From: Pigmentiphaga sp.
Lineage (GTDB): Bacteria > Pseudomonadota > Gammaproteobacteria > Burkholderiales > Burkholderiaceae_B
Length of the DNA stretch: 56,436 bases
Assembly: GCF_019689535.1 (NCBI RefSeq)
Contig: NZ_JADGHH010000001.1
Span: 1-56,436, forward strand
Direction: 5' to 3'
Shown here: positions 32,494 to 42,466 of the stretch, one piece after another
Layout of the letters: each line of letters starts with the position of its first letter
Position numbering within the stretch: the first letter of the stretch is position 1
Translations under genes and position numbers: made by a program
The notes under the pieces: generated by a model
The model's database searches: none
What the model was told of the DNA's origin: nothing
The model's input: the letters and a program-made list of their open reading frames with translations, nothing else

Positions 32494-33006
32494 TCAATCG
32501 CCGGCTGAGCCCAGGCGCGCGAGCGCGTCGCCCGTCACGCGCACAATGCGCCAGTCGGGCAGCACGTCGGCTCCCATTGCGCGATAAAAATCGATGGCAG
32601 GCTGGTTCCAGTCCAAAACGCTCCACTCGAAGCGGCCGCACCCGCGTTCGACGGCGATGGCGGCGAGCGTCTTGAGCATGCGCTTGCCGAGCCCGCGACC
32701 GCGGTGGTCGGGGCGTACGTAGAGATCTTCCAAGTACAAGCCGCGCCGCCCGAGGAAGGTGGAGTAGTTATGAAAGAACAGTGCGTAGCCCACCACGCCA
32801 CTGTCGACCTCGGCGACCAGGCATTCAGCGGCGGGACGGGCGCCGAACAACGCATCGAAAAGATCTTCCTCGCGCGCCTTGAATAAATGCGTCAGGTGCT
32901 CGTACTCCGCGAGTCCACGCATCAGGGACAGAACCGGACCGACGTCCTCGGGCCGTGCGGGCCGGATCGAGGCCTCGCCAGGGTGGGGCGCGAATCCTTC
33001 GCTCAT
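32494..33006 (-). CDS. GNAT N-acetyltransferase (SSAT/diamine acetyltransferase-like)
   Basis: YSTFLG..GLYLEDLYV, RGRGLG and WSVLDWN.PAI.FY motifs; ATGA overlap with the gabD stop. Confidence 0.88.
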   Translation of the reverse strand: MSEGFAPHPGEASIRPARPEDVGPVLSLMRGLAEYEHLTHLFKAREEDLFDALFGARPAAECLVAEVDSGVVGYALFFHNYSTFLGRRGLYLEDLYVRPDHRGRGLGKRMLKTLAAIAVERGCGRFEWSVLDWNQPAIDFYRAMGADVLPDWRIVRVTGDALARLGSAGD

Positions 33007-34484
33007 ATGCCCCCCAGGCACACGTACTTCAGTTCCAGGTAATCGTCCATGCCGTAGACCGAACCTTCCCGGCCGAGACCGGATTGCTTGACGCCGCCGA
33101 AAGGCGCGACTTCGTTGGAGATCAAGCCGGTATTGACGCCCACCATGCCGTATTCCAGCGCCTCGGCCACGCGGAAAATGCGCCCCATGTCGCGGCTGTA
33201 GAAGTAGGAGGCGAGGCCGAACTGCGTGTCGTTGGCGAGCCGGATGACCTCGGCTTCATCCCGGAACCGCATGACGGGCGCCACCGGACCGAAGGTTTCC
33301 TCGCGCATGCACAGCATGTCCCGCGTGACGTCCGCCAGGACCGTCGGCTCGAAAAAGCGGCCCCCCAGCGCGTGGCGCTTGCCGCCCGCCAGGACGGCAG
33401 CCCCTTTGGCGACCGCGTCGTTGACGTGTTCTTCGACCTTGGCGACGGCCGCTTCGTCGATCAGCGGCCCCTGCACGACGCCGGGGTCGAAGCCGTTGCC
33501 GACCTTCAGCGAGCGGGATTTTTCGGCCAGCTTCTGGACGAATGCATCGTAAATGTCGTCATGCACGTAGAAGCGGTTGGTGCAGACGCAGGTTTGCCCG
33601 GTATTGCGGTACTTCGAGGCGACGGCCCCGTCTACCGCGGCGTCGAGGTCGGCATCCTCGAATACGATGAACGGCGCCAGCCCGCCCAACTCCAGTGAGA
33701 GCTTCTTGATGGTGGGCGCACTTTGCTGCATGAGGATGCGGCCCACCGGCGTAGAGCCCGTGAAGCTGAGCTTGCGCACGACCGGGCTGGCGCAGAGGGT
33801 CTTGCCGAGGGCGATGGAGCGCTCGCTGCCCGCGGTGACGATGTTGAGCACGCCGGGCGGCAGGCCGGCGCGGTGCGCCAGCTCGGCGAGCGCCAGGGCG
33901 GAAAGCGGCGTCTGTTCTGCCGGCTTGAGGACCATGGTGCAGCCTGCGGCCAAGGCAGGACCCGCCTTGCGGGTAATCATGGCGAGCGGAAAGTTCCAGG
34001 GCGTGATGGCGGCGCATACTCCTATCGGTTCGCGTAGCACCAGCATGCGCGTATTGGGTGCCACCGGCGAGAGGGTGTCGCCGGCGACCCGCTTGCCTTG
34101 CTCCGCGAACCATTCGATGAACGAGGCGGCGTAGGCCACTTCGCCCTTGGCTTCGGCAAGGGGCTTGCCTTGCTCCAAGGTCATGAGGGCCGCTAGGTCA
34201 TCGGCGTGGGCGAGCATCAGCTCGAACCAGCGTCGCAGGAGCGCGGCGCGATCCTTGGCCGTGCGCGCACGCCAGGGGCCGAAGGCGGCCTGTGCCGCCG
34301 CGATGGCAGCCTCCGCCTGCGCAGGTTCGACGTCCGCGACACGTGCGACCAGGGTGCCGTCAGCAGGATTGTCGACCGCGAAGCTGGCGCCGTCGCTGGC
34401 GTCGACCCAGGCACCGTTTATGTACGCCTGGGTCTTGAAAAGAGTGGGGTCAGATAGTCGAGATGGGGCGGTTGCGCAGCTCAT
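33003..34484 (-). CDS. gabD: NAD(P)-dependent succinate-semialdehyde dehydrogenase
   Basis: PWNFP, FTGST, LELGG, GQTCVC, EETFGP and PFGGVKQSGLGREG motifs. Confidence 0.9.
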   Translation of the reverse strand: MSCATAPSRLSDPTLFKTQAYINGAWVDASDGASFAVDNPADGTLVARVADVEPAQAEAAIAAAQAAFGPWRARTAKDRAALLRRWFELMLAHADDLAALMTLEQGKPLAEAKGEVAYAASFIEWFAEQGKRVAGDTLSPVAPNTRMLVLREPIGVCAAITPWNFPLAMITRKAGPALAAGCTMVLKPAEQTPLSALALAELAHRAGLPPGVLNIVTAGSERSIALGKTLCASPVVRKLSFTGSTPVGRILMQQSAPTIKKLSLELGGLAPFIVFEDADLDAAVDGAVASKYRNTGQTCVCTNRFYVHDDIYDAFVQKLAEKSRSLKVGNGFDPGVVQGPLIDEAAVAKVEEHVNDAVAKGAAVLAGGKRHALGGRFFEPTVLADVTRDMLCMREETFGPVAPVMRFRDEAEVIRLANDTQFGLASYFYSRDMGRIFRVAEALEYGMVGVNTGLISNEVAPFGGVKQSGLGREGSVYGMDDYLELKYVCLGGI

Positions 34485-34751
34485 GGCTTATCTCAGGTCT
34501 TTTTGCAGGGGGCTCCGACCTGGAGCGACCGATCCATTCTAGCGGATCGAAGCGTGGCCCATTGAGGCGCCCCGTCCGGTCCGGGGGCGGGCGCGGACCG
34601 TTGACAAGCAGCGGCGCGTCGCGAGAAGATGCAGCCTGTAACAAGCGAGGCGTAGTCCTCGCCGCCTTACGGTCGCCGCGGTGCTTTATTGGCGCGACCT
34701 TCTTGCTCACAGCGCCCGCAGTGGTGAGCGATTGTCTCTAGCAGGAAGGGC

Positions 34752-35957
34752 ATGGAAGCCTACATTCTTGATTGGGCCAATCTGTTGCTGCGCTGGCTGC
34801 ATGTGATCACCGCCATCGCCTGGATTGGCTCTTCGTTCTACTTCGTCTGGCTCGACAACAGCCTTCTGAAACCCCAGGACCCGGAACTCCTCGAGAAAGG
34901 CGTGTCGGGCGAGCTCTGGGCGGTGCACGGGGGCGGTTTCTACAACCCGCAGAAGTATCTGGTAGCGCCGAAGCAGCTGCCCGAGCATCTCCACTGGTTC
35001 TATTGGGAGAGCTACTCCACCTGGATGTCCGGCTTCGCGCTGCTGGTGGTGCTGTACCTGTTCAACGCGCGCACCTACCTCATCGATCCGAACGTCTTCA
35101 ATTGGGGCCCGGCTGCGGCCGTGGTCGCTGCGCTGTGCTTCCTGGTAGTGGGGTGGCTGGTGTATGACGCCATCTGCCGCATCGCGGGTACGGGGGAGCG
35201 GGCCGACCGCACCGTGGGCATTGCCGTTGCGGTTTTCGTGGCCGCCGCGGCATGGCTCGCGTGCCACCTGTTCGCGGGCCGCGCGGCTTTCCTGATCGTG
35301 GGCGCCATGATTGCCACCATCATGAGCGCCAACGTGCTGATGGTCATCATCCCCGGGCAGCGGAAAGTCGTCGCCGCCATGCGTGCCGGCGAGCCGGTCG
35401 ATCCCATCCACGGCCAGCTGGGCAAGCAGCGCAGCGTGCACAATACGTATTTCACGCTGCCGGTCCTGTTCGCCATGCTGTCCAACCACTACAGCATGGT
35501 GTATTCGGCCAAGTACAACTGGCTGGTGTTGATCGCCATCATGCTGGCGGGGGCGCTGATCCGGCAGTTTTTCGTGCTGCGCCACAAGCAGGTCTACAAC
35601 TTCTGGTATCCCGCCGCCGGCGTGGCGCTGCTGGCGGCCGTGGCATGGTCGCTTGCGCCATCCGGGGCGGGCACTGGGGCGGCGGCCTTTCACGAGCCCC
35701 TGGAGCCCCAGGACATCACGCAGGTCCAGCAAGTCGTGGCCCAGCGCTGCGTGGTGTGCCACAACGCACAACTTCCCAACAAGGGCATTCAGCTGCAGAC
35801 GCCGGAGCTGCTCAAGTCGCATGCGCAGGTGGTGTATCAGCAGGCCGTCGTCCAGCGCACCATGCCGTTGAATAACGCGACGGCGATGACGGAGGAAGAG
35901 CGGGCGCTGCTGGGCAGGTGGTTCCAAGCCGGCGCACCACTCGCCGCAAGCCGGTAG
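34752..35957 (+). CDS. puuD: Cytochrome c-containing urate oxidase PuuD (DUF989)
   Basis: RWLHVI..IAWIGSSFYF, W.VHGGGFY, RS.HNTYFTLPV and a C-terminal CVVCH heme motif. Confidence 0.9.
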   Translation: MEAYILDWANLLLRWLHVITAIAWIGSSFYFVWLDNSLLKPQDPELLEKGVSGELWAVHGGGFYNPQKYLVAPKQLPEHLHWFYWESYSTWMSGFALLVVLYLFNARTYLIDPNVFNWGPAAAVVAALCFLVVGWLVYDAICRIAGTGERADRTVGIAVAVFVAAAAWLACHLFAGRAAFLIVGAMIATIMSANVLMVIIPGQRKVVAAMRAGEPVDPIHGQLGKQRSVHNTYFTLPVLFAMLSNHYSMVYSAKYNWLVLIAIMLAGALIRQFFVLRHKQVYNFWYPAAGVALLAAVAWSLAPSGAGTGAAAFHEPLEPQDITQVQQVVAQRCVVCHNAQLPNKGIQLQTPELLKSHAQVVYQQAVVQRTMPLNNATAMTEEERALLGRWFQAGAPLAASR

Positions 35958-36103
35958 CACAGCAGCGGTGGCCCGGGACCGGCTGCACCAGGCATCCCGG
36001 GCGGCGCCGCAGTGCGCCGCGCTTTTTGGGGGCTGCCAATGAAACGGCCCCGGGGCGCAGGCATCCGCGCGTCCGGGGCCAGGGGTAAGTCGGGCGCCAG
36101 GGG

Positions 36104-36979
36104 TCAGGCCAGCGGCTTGAATCCGTACAGCCGTTCCGGGTTTTCGACCAACAGCTTATGGCGCAGCGCCGGATCCGGGCAGAAATCCAGCATCAGGTTG
36201 ACCAGCTCGCCATCGTTGGGCATGTCTTTGGAGATATTGGGGTGCGGCCAGTCGGTGCCCCACAGTACGCGGTCCGGCGCGGCTTCGATGAGCTTGGCCG
36301 CGAATGGGGCGGCATCGGCAAAGGGGCGCTTGCCGACCGACACGCGCTCTCCTCCGCACACCTTCACCCAGGCCAGGGGATTCTTCATCAACTCGAGTAG
36401 CGCGCGGAAGGGCTCCTGGTCCATGCCCAGGGCCGCCTGGACGCGTCCCATGTGATCGATCACGAATGGCACGTTGATGCGGTTGATGCGATCGCGGTAG
36501 GTGACGATGTCTTGCGCGTCCAGGTGCAGCACCACGTGCCAGCCGAGTTCGCTCAGCCGCCCGATGGTCTTGTCGAAAATCTCCAGGTCGGGGGCACCTC
36601 CCAGGTGCTGGACGAAGTTGAAGCGCACGCCGCGCACGCCGCCGGCGTGCAGGTCGGCCAGCTGTTCATCGGTTTCGTTGCCGTTGACGATGGCCACGCC
36701 GAGATAGCGGCCTTCGCTGCGCGCGATGGCGTCGAGCATGGCGGAGTTGTCGTCGCCATGGCAGCTCGCCTGCACGATGACGGCGCGGTCCAGGCCCAGC
36801 CAGTCATGGAGTTGCCGCAGGCGTTCGAACGGCGCGTCGGGCGGCGTGTAGCTTCGGTCTGGATGGTACGGGAAGCGGTCGGCGGGACCGAATACGTGGC
36901 AGTGGGCATCGCACGAACCGGGAGGCAAGGGTTCGCGCGGTTTGATGGGATTCGGATCAGGTGCAGCGCAAGTTTTCAT
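36104..36979 (-). CDS. Amidohydrolase-fold lactonase, LigI-like (2-pyrone-4,6-dicarboxylate hydrolase family)
   Basis: DAHCHVFGP, VQASCHG.DN, RGVRFNFV, DHMGR and WGTDWPHP motifs. Exact substrate unsure. Confidence 0.8.
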   Translation of the reverse strand: MKTCAAPDPNPIKPREPLPPGSCDAHCHVFGPADRFPYHPDRSYTPPDAPFERLRQLHDWLGLDRAVIVQASCHGDDNSAMLDAIARSEGRYLGVAIVNGNETDEQLADLHAGGVRGVRFNFVQHLGGAPDLEIFDKTIGRLSELGWHVVLHLDAQDIVTYRDRINRINVPFVIDHMGRVQAALGMDQEPFRALLELMKNPLAWVKVCGGERVSVGKRPFADAAPFAAKLIEAAPDRVLWGTDWPHPNISKDMPNDGELVNLMLDFCPDPALRHKLLVENPERLYGFKPLA

Positions 36980-37051
36980 GATTCAGCAATCGTGAGTGGA
37001 GGGGAGGCCGGGTCCGGGCCCGGCCCGAGGTAGACGGCCTGAGGCGCGGCG

Positions 37052-37756
37052 TCAGTCTTTCAGCCCGTCCAGCGAGTCGACATAGCGCAGCCCCGCCGCC
37101 TCCAGCTTGGGGCGCATCTGGTAGATGTCCAGGCCTAGTTCGCCGGCCGCCAGGCGGGCGCGCTTGCTTTCTTCTTCCTGGATGCGTTTGTCGGCCTTCT
37201 GGATGACGGCGCTGACCTGCGCATTGGGGACGATGGCTACGCCGTCGTCATCGGCGACGATGGCATCTCCGGGATGAACCAGCGCGCCGGCACAGACGAT
37301 GGGGACGTTGACCGACCCGATGGTTGCCTTGACCGTGCCGCGGGCGTTGATGGCCTTGGACCAAACCGGGAAGCGCATCTCGGTGAGCGCGGCCACGTCC
37401 CGCACGCCGGCGTCGATGATGAGGCCGCGCACGCCGCGCGCCCTGAGCGAGGTCGCGAGCAGCTCGCCGAACATGCCGTCGGCGTTCTCGGTCGTGCAGC
37501 CAACCACCAGGATGTCGCCCGGCGAGCATTGTTCGACGGCCACGTGCAGCATCCAGTTGTCGCCGGGCTGGGCGAGCACGGTCACGGCCGGGCCGGCGAT
37601 CGCCGCGCCGGGGTAAATGGGACGCATGTAAGGCTTCATAAGCCCCACGCTGCGGCCCTGCGCTTCATGCACGGTGGCCACGCCCTGCGCAGCCAGCTTT
37701 TCCGCCGCGCCTTCGGGCAGCGACGGCTTTTTCCTAACGACAACACCCAACATCAT
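37052..37756 (-). CDS. ligK: 4-carboxy-4-hydroxy-2-oxoadipate (HMG/CHA) aldolase
   Basis: [29 protein letters not shown] and [10 protein letters not shown] motifs. Confidence 0.88.
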   Translation of the reverse strand: MMLGVVVRKKPSLPEGAAEKLAAQGVATVHEAQGRSVGLMKPYMRPIYPGAAIAGPAVTVLAQPGDNWMLHVAVEQCSPGDILVVGCTTENADGMFGELLATSLRARGVRGLIIDAGVRDVAALTEMRFPVWSKAINARGTVKATIGSVNVPIVCAGALVHPGDAIVADDDGVAIVPNAQVSAVIQKADKRIQEEESKRARLAAGELGLDIYQMRPKLEAAGLRYVDSLDGLKD

Positions 37757-37844
37757 GGTTCTCCAATAAGCAGGCCCATCCCCGGCAGGTTGCGGCACAT
37801 GGATGGGCCCGAAGCGGGACGGCAGCGCCGGCTGTGCCGCCTGT

Positions 37845-37868
37845 CCGGGGCATGCCGGCATGCCCCGG
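37845..37868. repeat. 24-bp perfect palindrome between bug and ligK
   Basis: CCGGGGCATGCCGGCATGCCCCGG is its own reverse complement. Confidence 0.8.
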
Positions 37869-37902
37869 GCGATCCGGCGGCTGGCGCCCGTCGGCAAGCG
37901 GA

Positions 37903-38871
37903 TTATTGTTTTTCAATCTTGGCCATTTCAATCACCTTGCTCCATTTCTGGATCTCGGCGGCCAGGAAGCTCTGGAACTCCTTGGGCGTATTGGTTTGCG
38001 GGATCATGCCCACGTCGATCAGCTTCTTGTTGATGGCCGGATCGGCGACCACTTCGCGCACCGCCGCGCTGAGCTTTTCGATGATGGCGGGCGGGGTGTC
38101 GGCCGGGGCGGCAAGGCCATTCCACGAAACGGCGACGTAGCCCGGTACCGTTTCGGCGATGGTGGGCGTGTCGGGGAACACCTGGCTCCGTTTCTCCGAC
38201 GCGACGCCCAGCACGCGCAGGCTGCCGCCCTTGATGTTGCCGATCACGGCCGGCACGGTTTCGAACAAGACCTGCACGTTGTTGCCTTTGACGGCAGAGA
38301 TCACTTCGCCGCTGGACTTGAACGGAATGGTGGGCACGGACAACCCGGCCATGGCCCGGAACATCTCGGCCGACAGGTGCTGGGTGCTACCCACGCCGAT
38401 GGTGCCGAGGTTAAAGCCTTGGGGATTCTTCTTGGCGGCTTCAATGGCGTCGCCGACGGTCTTCAGCGGGCTGTTTTGGTCCACCGCCATGACGATGTCG
38501 AACGAGCCGACCATGGAAATCATCGCCAACTGCTTGACCGGGTCGTAAGGCAGCGACTTGAACAAGGAGGGGCTGACCGCCTGCTGGTTGCTGACCAGGA
38601 ACAGCGTGTGGCCGTCGGGGGTGGCGCGGATGACGGTCGTCGCGCCGGTGATGCCGCCGGCGCTCGGCATGTTTTCGACGACTACCGGTTTGCCGAACTT
38701 GTCCGACAGGCCCTGGGCGACGATGCGGGCCGTGACGTCAGCCACGCCGCCAGGCCCGAAGGGCACGATCAGGCGCAGTTGCTTGGAAGGAAATTCCTGG
38801 GCATAGGCGCCTGCGGCGACCAAGGTGGCGGTAGCGCCGAGGCACAAGCGGGCGAGTAGTGTGCGGATCAT
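37903..38871 (-). CDS. Bug/TctC tripartite tricarboxylate transporter substrate-binding protein
   Basis: Signal peptide followed by [24 protein letters not shown] and GSTQHL. Confidence 0.92.
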   Translation of the reverse strand: MIRTLLARLCLGATATLVAAGAYAQEFPSKQLRLIVPFGPGGVADVTARIVAQGLSDKFGKPVVVENMPSAGGITGATTVIRATPDGHTLFLVSNQQAVSPSLFKSLPYDPVKQLAMISMVGSFDIVMAVDQNSPLKTVGDAIEAAKKNPQGFNLGTIGVGSTQHLSAEMFRAMAGLSVPTIPFKSSGEVISAVKGNNVQVLFETVPAVIGNIKGGSLRVLGVASEKRSQVFPDTPTIAETVPGYVAVSWNGLAAPADTPPAIIEKLSAAVREVVADPAINKKLIDVGMIPQTNTPKEFQSFLAAEIQKWSKVIEMAKIEKQ

Positions 38872-39002
38872 TGTCTTCCTCGAGTCGTTGGTGTGGGGTG
38901 GCCCATCTTTTGATGCTGCTTGGCGCGCTGGGCGCCAAGCGGGCGAATTTGCATTGTGGACTGTAACTGGCGTTTGGAAAACGCAAATCGGGACTAGCTG
39001 TT

Positions 39003-39017
39003 ATGCTTAAAAAACAT
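39003..39017. promoter_or_regulatory. Putative LysR box (T-N11-A)
   Basis: ATGCTTAAAAAACAT dyad in the divergent bug/lysR region. Confidence 0.4.
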
Positions 39018-39033
39018 GAATCGGGGTTTCCAA

Positions 39034-39975
39034 ATGGACCTGAAACAGCTCGAATGCTTCGTGCGCGTGGTCGAGTTCGGCAGTGTGACGCGGGCGGCCG
39101 TCACGCTCAACCTGTCGCAGCCGGTGGTGAGCCGGCATGTGCGACAGCTCGAGATCGAGCTCAAGGAGCACCTGCTCGAGCGCAATGGCCGGGGGGTGGT
39201 GCCCACTGACGCCGGCAAGCGGCTGCTCGAGCGCGGCCGGGGCATCCTGCACCAGGTGCGCCTGGCCAAGCAGGAGATCGAAGAGCTCAGGGGCTCCCCG
39301 GCAGGCAAGGTGGTGGTCGGCATGCCGCCCAGCGTCGGCAAATCGATCACGGTGGACCTCGTCACCGATTTCCGGGCCGAGTTTCCCCGCGCGTCGCTGG
39401 GAGTGGTGGAGGCGCTGACGGTGTCCATGTACGAATGGCTGCTGCTGGGGCGCCTGGACTTTGCGCTGCTCTACAACCCGCCGGTCAGCCAGCAGGCCGT
39501 CTACGAACACGTGTGGTCCGAGGACTTGTATCTGATCGGCCGCAAAGGCCTGGGCGGCAAGGCCATGCCTGAGACTGTCAAGATGCGCGACCTGGCCCAG
39601 TACCCCTTGATCACCCCCGGGCAGCCGAATGCCATCCGCAACCTGCTGGACGTGCATTGCGCCCGGCTCGGCGTGCAGTTGTCCATCGCCCTGGAGGTGG
39701 ACGCCATCGAGTCGCTGCTCGACCTCGTCGACCGGGGCATGGGGTATGCCGTACTTTCCCGCAACGCCATATACGGCCGCTCGCAGCGGCCGCACTTGCG
39801 GGCGGCGCGCATCGTCTCTCCGGGGCTGACCAGTCAGCTCGTGATCGCGACGGCCGCGCAGCGGCCGCTGACGCGCCTTGCCCAGGCCACCATGGACTTG
39901 ATCAAGAAGCGCATCCAGGCGGGGGCATTGGATGGCCAGCCACCAGGGCCTGGCTCGGAGCAGCCCAGCGCCTGA
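39034..39975 (+). CDS. LysR family regulator (Nac-like)
   Basis: HTH MDLKQLECF...GSVTRAA..L.LSQP.VSR; divergent from the bug-ligK-ligI-like unit. Confidence 0.92.
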   Translation: MDLKQLECFVRVVEFGSVTRAAVTLNLSQPVVSRHVRQLEIELKEHLLERNGRGVVPTDAGKRLLERGRGILHQVRLAKQEIEELRGSPAGKVVVGMPPSVGKSITVDLVTDFRAEFPRASLGVVEALTVSMYEWLLLGRLDFALLYNPPVSQQAVYEHVWSEDLYLIGRKGLGGKAMPETVKMRDLAQYPLITPGQPNAIRNLLDVHCARLGVQLSIALEVDAIESLLDLVDRGMGYAVLSRNAIYGRSQRPHLRAARIVSPGLTSQLVIATAAQRPLTRLAQATMDLIKKRIQAGALDGQPPGPGSEQPSA

Positions 39976-39992
39976 GCGTGCGCTCCGCCGGC

Positions 39993-40008
39993 GGGAACGA
40001 CTCATGCG
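39993..40008 (+). promoter_or_regulatory. Putative sigma54 promoter of zwf
   Basis: GGGAACGACTCATGCG with -24/-12 spacing. Confidence 0.45.
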
Positions 40009-40116
40009 CATTGTGGTCCGATGGCCCGAGGCCCCCTCCCCGGGGAGCGGTGCGTACGGCTTTGTTGCAGCGCGATAACCCCGCGTCCATAATCGACGCA
40101 TGCTTCGGAGGTAGTC

Positions 40117-41646
40117 ATGGACTTCCAGACGAACAGGCAAACGTCCCAGGCGGAACTGCCGCCTGCTCCACGTTGCACGTTGGTCATTTTCGGCGCGACC
40201 GGCGACCTGACGGGCCGGCTCCTGGTCCCGGCCCTCTACAACCTGGCACGCCTGAAGGCGCTGCATCCCGAGTTCCGCGTCATTGGCATCGGCCATCGCG
40301 CGTTGGATGACGAAGGGTTCCGGCGGCGCTTGAAGGAGGCCGCCGACCAGGTTTTCGCCTCGCGCGGGGAAGAGGCGCAGGCCAGCTTCGAGGCCCCCGT
40401 CTGGAAATGGCTGATGGGCCGGACGTCTTACCTGCAGGGCGATTTCGAGGAAGAACGCACGTACGCGGACTTGAGCCAAGCGCTGGCGGCCGAACCGGGC
40501 GGGGTCATTTTCTACTTTGCGACCGCGCCCGGCTACTTCCAGACCATCGCCCGGCACCTGTACGAAGCAGGCCTGCTGAAGCAGGCCGGAGGCCGCTGGC
40601 GCCGCGTGGTCATCGAGAAGCCGTTCGGAAGAGATCTCGCTTCCGCATGCGAGTTGAACAAGCAGTTGACGCGGGTCGTCCACGAAAACCAGATATTCCG
40701 CATCGATCACTTCCTGGGCAAGGAAACCGTCCAGAACATCCTGGTCTCGCGCTTCGCCAACAGCGTGTTCGAGAGCAACTGGAACCGGCTGTATATCGAT
40801 CACGTGCAAATCACGGCAGCAGAGTCGATAGGCGTAGAGCGGCGTTCTGCCTTTTACGAGCAGACGGGCGCCTTGCGGGACATGGTGCCGAACCACCTAT
40901 TCCAGCTGCTGGCCATGGTGGCCATGGAACCGCCCAATTCTTTCGACGCCGATGCCGTGCGTACGGAGAAGGAAAAGCTGCTCGACGCCATACACATCCA
41001 GACACCGGCCGAGGCGTTGCAGAACAGCGTGCGTGGGCAGTACCAGTCCGGGCTCGTGAACGGCAAGCCCATGCGTGGCTACCGGGAGGAGGAGGGCGTC
41101 GCGCCCGACAGCACGACCGAAACGTATGTCGCGCTCAAGCTCAGCATCGATAACTGGCGCTGGGCCGGCGTGCCGTTCTACCTGCGCACGGGCAAGGCGC
41201 TCGCGCGCAGGCAGACGCAAATCGTGATCGCGTTCAAGGATGCCGGCCATGCGCTGTTTCGCCAGAGCGCGCAGGAGAAACCCCCGGCCAATACCTTGGT
41301 GCTGCAGATCCAGCCGGACGAGGGATTGTTCTTCCACATGAAGGCCAAGGTGCCCGGCTCCAAGATCCGCATTGCGCCGGTGAGCATGGACTTCCGCTAC
41401 GCTGATCACTTTCCGCCTTCCCATAGCTCAGGGTACGAGACCTTGATCTACGACTGCATGGTCGGCGACGCCACGCTATTCCAGCGGGCCGCCGACATCG
41501 AGCTGGGGTGGGAGGCGGTGCAGCCTTTCCAACAGGCCTGGGCCGAGAGCGGCGAGATCCATTTCTATCGCGCCGGCAGCCACGGCCCGGCGGCCGCGGA
41601 TGTCCTCCTGGCCCGCGACGGGCGGCGCTGGTTGTCGCTGGAGTAG
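40117..41646 (+). CDS. zwf: Glucose-6-phosphate 1-dehydrogenase
   Basis: GATGDL, EKPFG, RIDHFLGKE, RDMVPNH and FYLRTGK motifs. Confidence 0.95.
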   Translation: MDFQTNRQTSQAELPPAPRCTLVIFGATGDLTGRLLVPALYNLARLKALHPEFRVIGIGHRALDDEGFRRRLKEAADQVFASRGEEAQASFEAPVWKWLMGRTSYLQGDFEEERTYADLSQALAAEPGGVIFYFATAPGYFQTIARHLYEAGLLKQAGGRWRRVVIEKPFGRDLASACELNKQLTRVVHENQIFRIDHFLGKETVQNILVSRFANSVFESNWNRLYIDHVQITAAESIGVERRSAFYEQTGALRDMVPNHLFQLLAMVAMEPPNSFDADAVRTEKEKLLDAIHIQTPAEALQNSVRGQYQSGLVNGKPMRGYREEEGVAPDSTTETYVALKLSIDNWRWAGVPFYLRTGKALARRQTQIVIAFKDAGHALFRQSAQEKPPANTLVLQIQPDEGLFFHMKAKVPGSKIRIAPVSMDFRYADHFPPSHSSGYETLIYDCMVGDATLFQRAADIELGWEAVQPFQQAWAESGEIHFYRAGSHGPAAADVLLARDGRRWLSLE

Positions 41647-41647
41647 C

Positions 41648-41663
41648 GGGAACGGTTCTTGCG
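41648..41663 (+). promoter_or_regulatory. Putative sigma54 promoter of ybhP-clsB-ybhN
   Basis: GGGAACGGTTCTTGCG with -24/-12 spacing, immediately after the zwf stop. Confidence 0.55.
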
Positions 41664-41674
41664 GTGCGCTCCGC

Positions 41675-42466
41675 ATGAACCAGGATAACGATGATAAAGG
41701 ACCGCCGGATGCGCAGGGCCGGATGAGCTTCCGGGTATTGACGGTCAACGTCCACAAGGGATTTAGTTTTTTCAACCGTCGGCTGATTCTGCACGATTTG
41801 CGCGAGGCGGTGCGCAGCGTGTCTGCAGATATGGTGTTCCTGCAGGAAGTGCTAGGCACGCATGCCAGGCACGCGCTGCGCTTCGCCGATTGGCCGGCGG
41901 CGCCGCAATACGAGTTCTTGGCCGATACGATCTGGTCCGATTTCGCGTATGGCCGCAATGCCGTGTACCCCGACGGGCATCACGGCAACGCGGTGCTCTC
42001 CAAGTTTCCGATCTCCCATTTCGAGAACCGCGACGTCTCGATAAGCGGGCCCGAGCGACGGGGGCTCTTGCATTGCATCGTCAAGGCGCCCAACACCGGT
42101 GGAGAGCTCCACGCCATCTGCGTGCACCTCGGTCTGCAAGAGCGCCACCGCCGCAAGCAGTTGCAGTTGTTATGCCATCTCGTCCAGGAAGAAATTCCGC
42201 CGGACGCGCCGCTGGTGGTGGCGGGCGACTTCAATGACTGGTTGCAGCGCGCCGGCCGCGTGCTGAACGGGTGCGCGGGCCTGCGTGAGGTCTATGAACA
42301 TGCCACGGGGCGCTTGGCCCGCACCTTTCCCGCGTGGCATCCCCTGCTGCCGCTCGACAGGATCTACGTGCGCGGGGCACGGGCGATGCGGCCTATCCAC
42401 CTCGGGCCCCATCCGTGGAAATCCTTGTCGGACCATGCGCCGCTGGCTGCGGAGATCGTGCTATGA
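41675..42466 (+). CDS. ybhP: Endonuclease/exonuclease/phosphatase family protein (YbhP-like)
   Basis: LTVNVHKG, FLQEV, AYGRNAVY, GDFND and SDH motifs. Start is 41675 or 41723. Confidence 0.85.
   Translation: MNQDNDDKGPPDAQGRMSFRVLTVNVHKGFSFFNRRLILHDLREAVRSVSADMVFLQEVLGTHARHALRFADWPAAPQYEFLADTIWSDFAYGRNAVYPDGHHGNAVLSKFPISHFENRDVSISGPERRGLLHCIVKAPNTGGELHAICVHLGLQERHRRKQLQLLCHLVQEEIPPDAPLVVAGDFNDWLQRAGRVLNGCAGLREVYEHATGRLARTFPAWHPLLPLDRIYVRGARAMRPIHLGPHPWKSLSDHAPLAAEIVL

Noticed and set aside
39007-40896. 629-aa minus-strand ORF across lysR-zwf
   Set aside because: Antisense shadow of two well-supported genes.
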